Of a stretch of 64,000 nt of DNA, positions 63,817 to 64,000 are shown piece after piece; positions within the stretch are counted from its first letter, which is position 1; every line of letters starts with the position of its first letter. The notes under the pieces were generated by a model. It did not search any database. It had not been told where the DNA came from and saw only the letters and a program-made list of their open reading frames with translations. The DNA lies in the NCBI GenBank assembly GCA_037447605.1, contig CM074811.1:682001-746000 (forward strand). Reading direction: 5' to 3'. Origin of the DNA: Zygnema circumcarinatum SAG 698-1b. Lineage: Eukaryota > Plantae > Zygnematophyceae. Both the position numbers and the translations under genes were made by a program.

Positions 63817-64000
63817 CTGCCCAAAATAACCGCAAGTGCAATCGTTAATATACGTGTATCCCCTTCTGCGAAGGCTCAAGCAGGAATTAGGTTAAGTCGG
63901 ATTTAAGACAACATCAGCACTCAGACGAATTCTCGAAGCTTAAGAAGTATGAAAAGTAGCACCGAAGCTGTATGTTTTAGACTGGAATGTGAGCTATTTG

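Overview
Eukaryotic nuclear DNA from a green plant-lineage (streptophyte) organism. A charophyte-grade alga is my inference from the plant-type proteins, GT-AG introns and long CT/GA-rich intron tracts; the species cannot be determined here. I rebuilt gene models by hand from splice sites and frame continuity. Recognisable genes: XDH (5'-truncated), V-ATPase subunit H, sterol 8,7-isomerase (EBP/HYD1), PsaK, plastid ribosomal protein PSRP4, PEP carboxykinase (ATP), GINS PSF2 (one exon probably in an N-gap), ABITRAM/FAM206A and a KDEL receptor ERD2 (5' part beyond the window). Unrecognised candidate genes: a 53-aa two-exon microprotein (20328-20660), two paralogous intronless ORFs (30614-31498, 35651-36397), a 3-exon 385-aa protein (51839-54737) and a small membrane protein (60239-60852). 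The 22-38 kb interval is a TE-rich island with TSD-supported MITE/foldback elements of three families. A 1.63-kb identical tandem duplication across an N-gap is probably an assembly artefact. The most striking unexplained signal is a co-oriented cluster of 11 AACGG (MSA/MYB3R-like) motifs, 9 of them ATCCAACGGYY, at 19511-19858, just upstream of the hidden microprotein gene. No tRNA, rRNA, CRISPR array or autonomous transposase was found.
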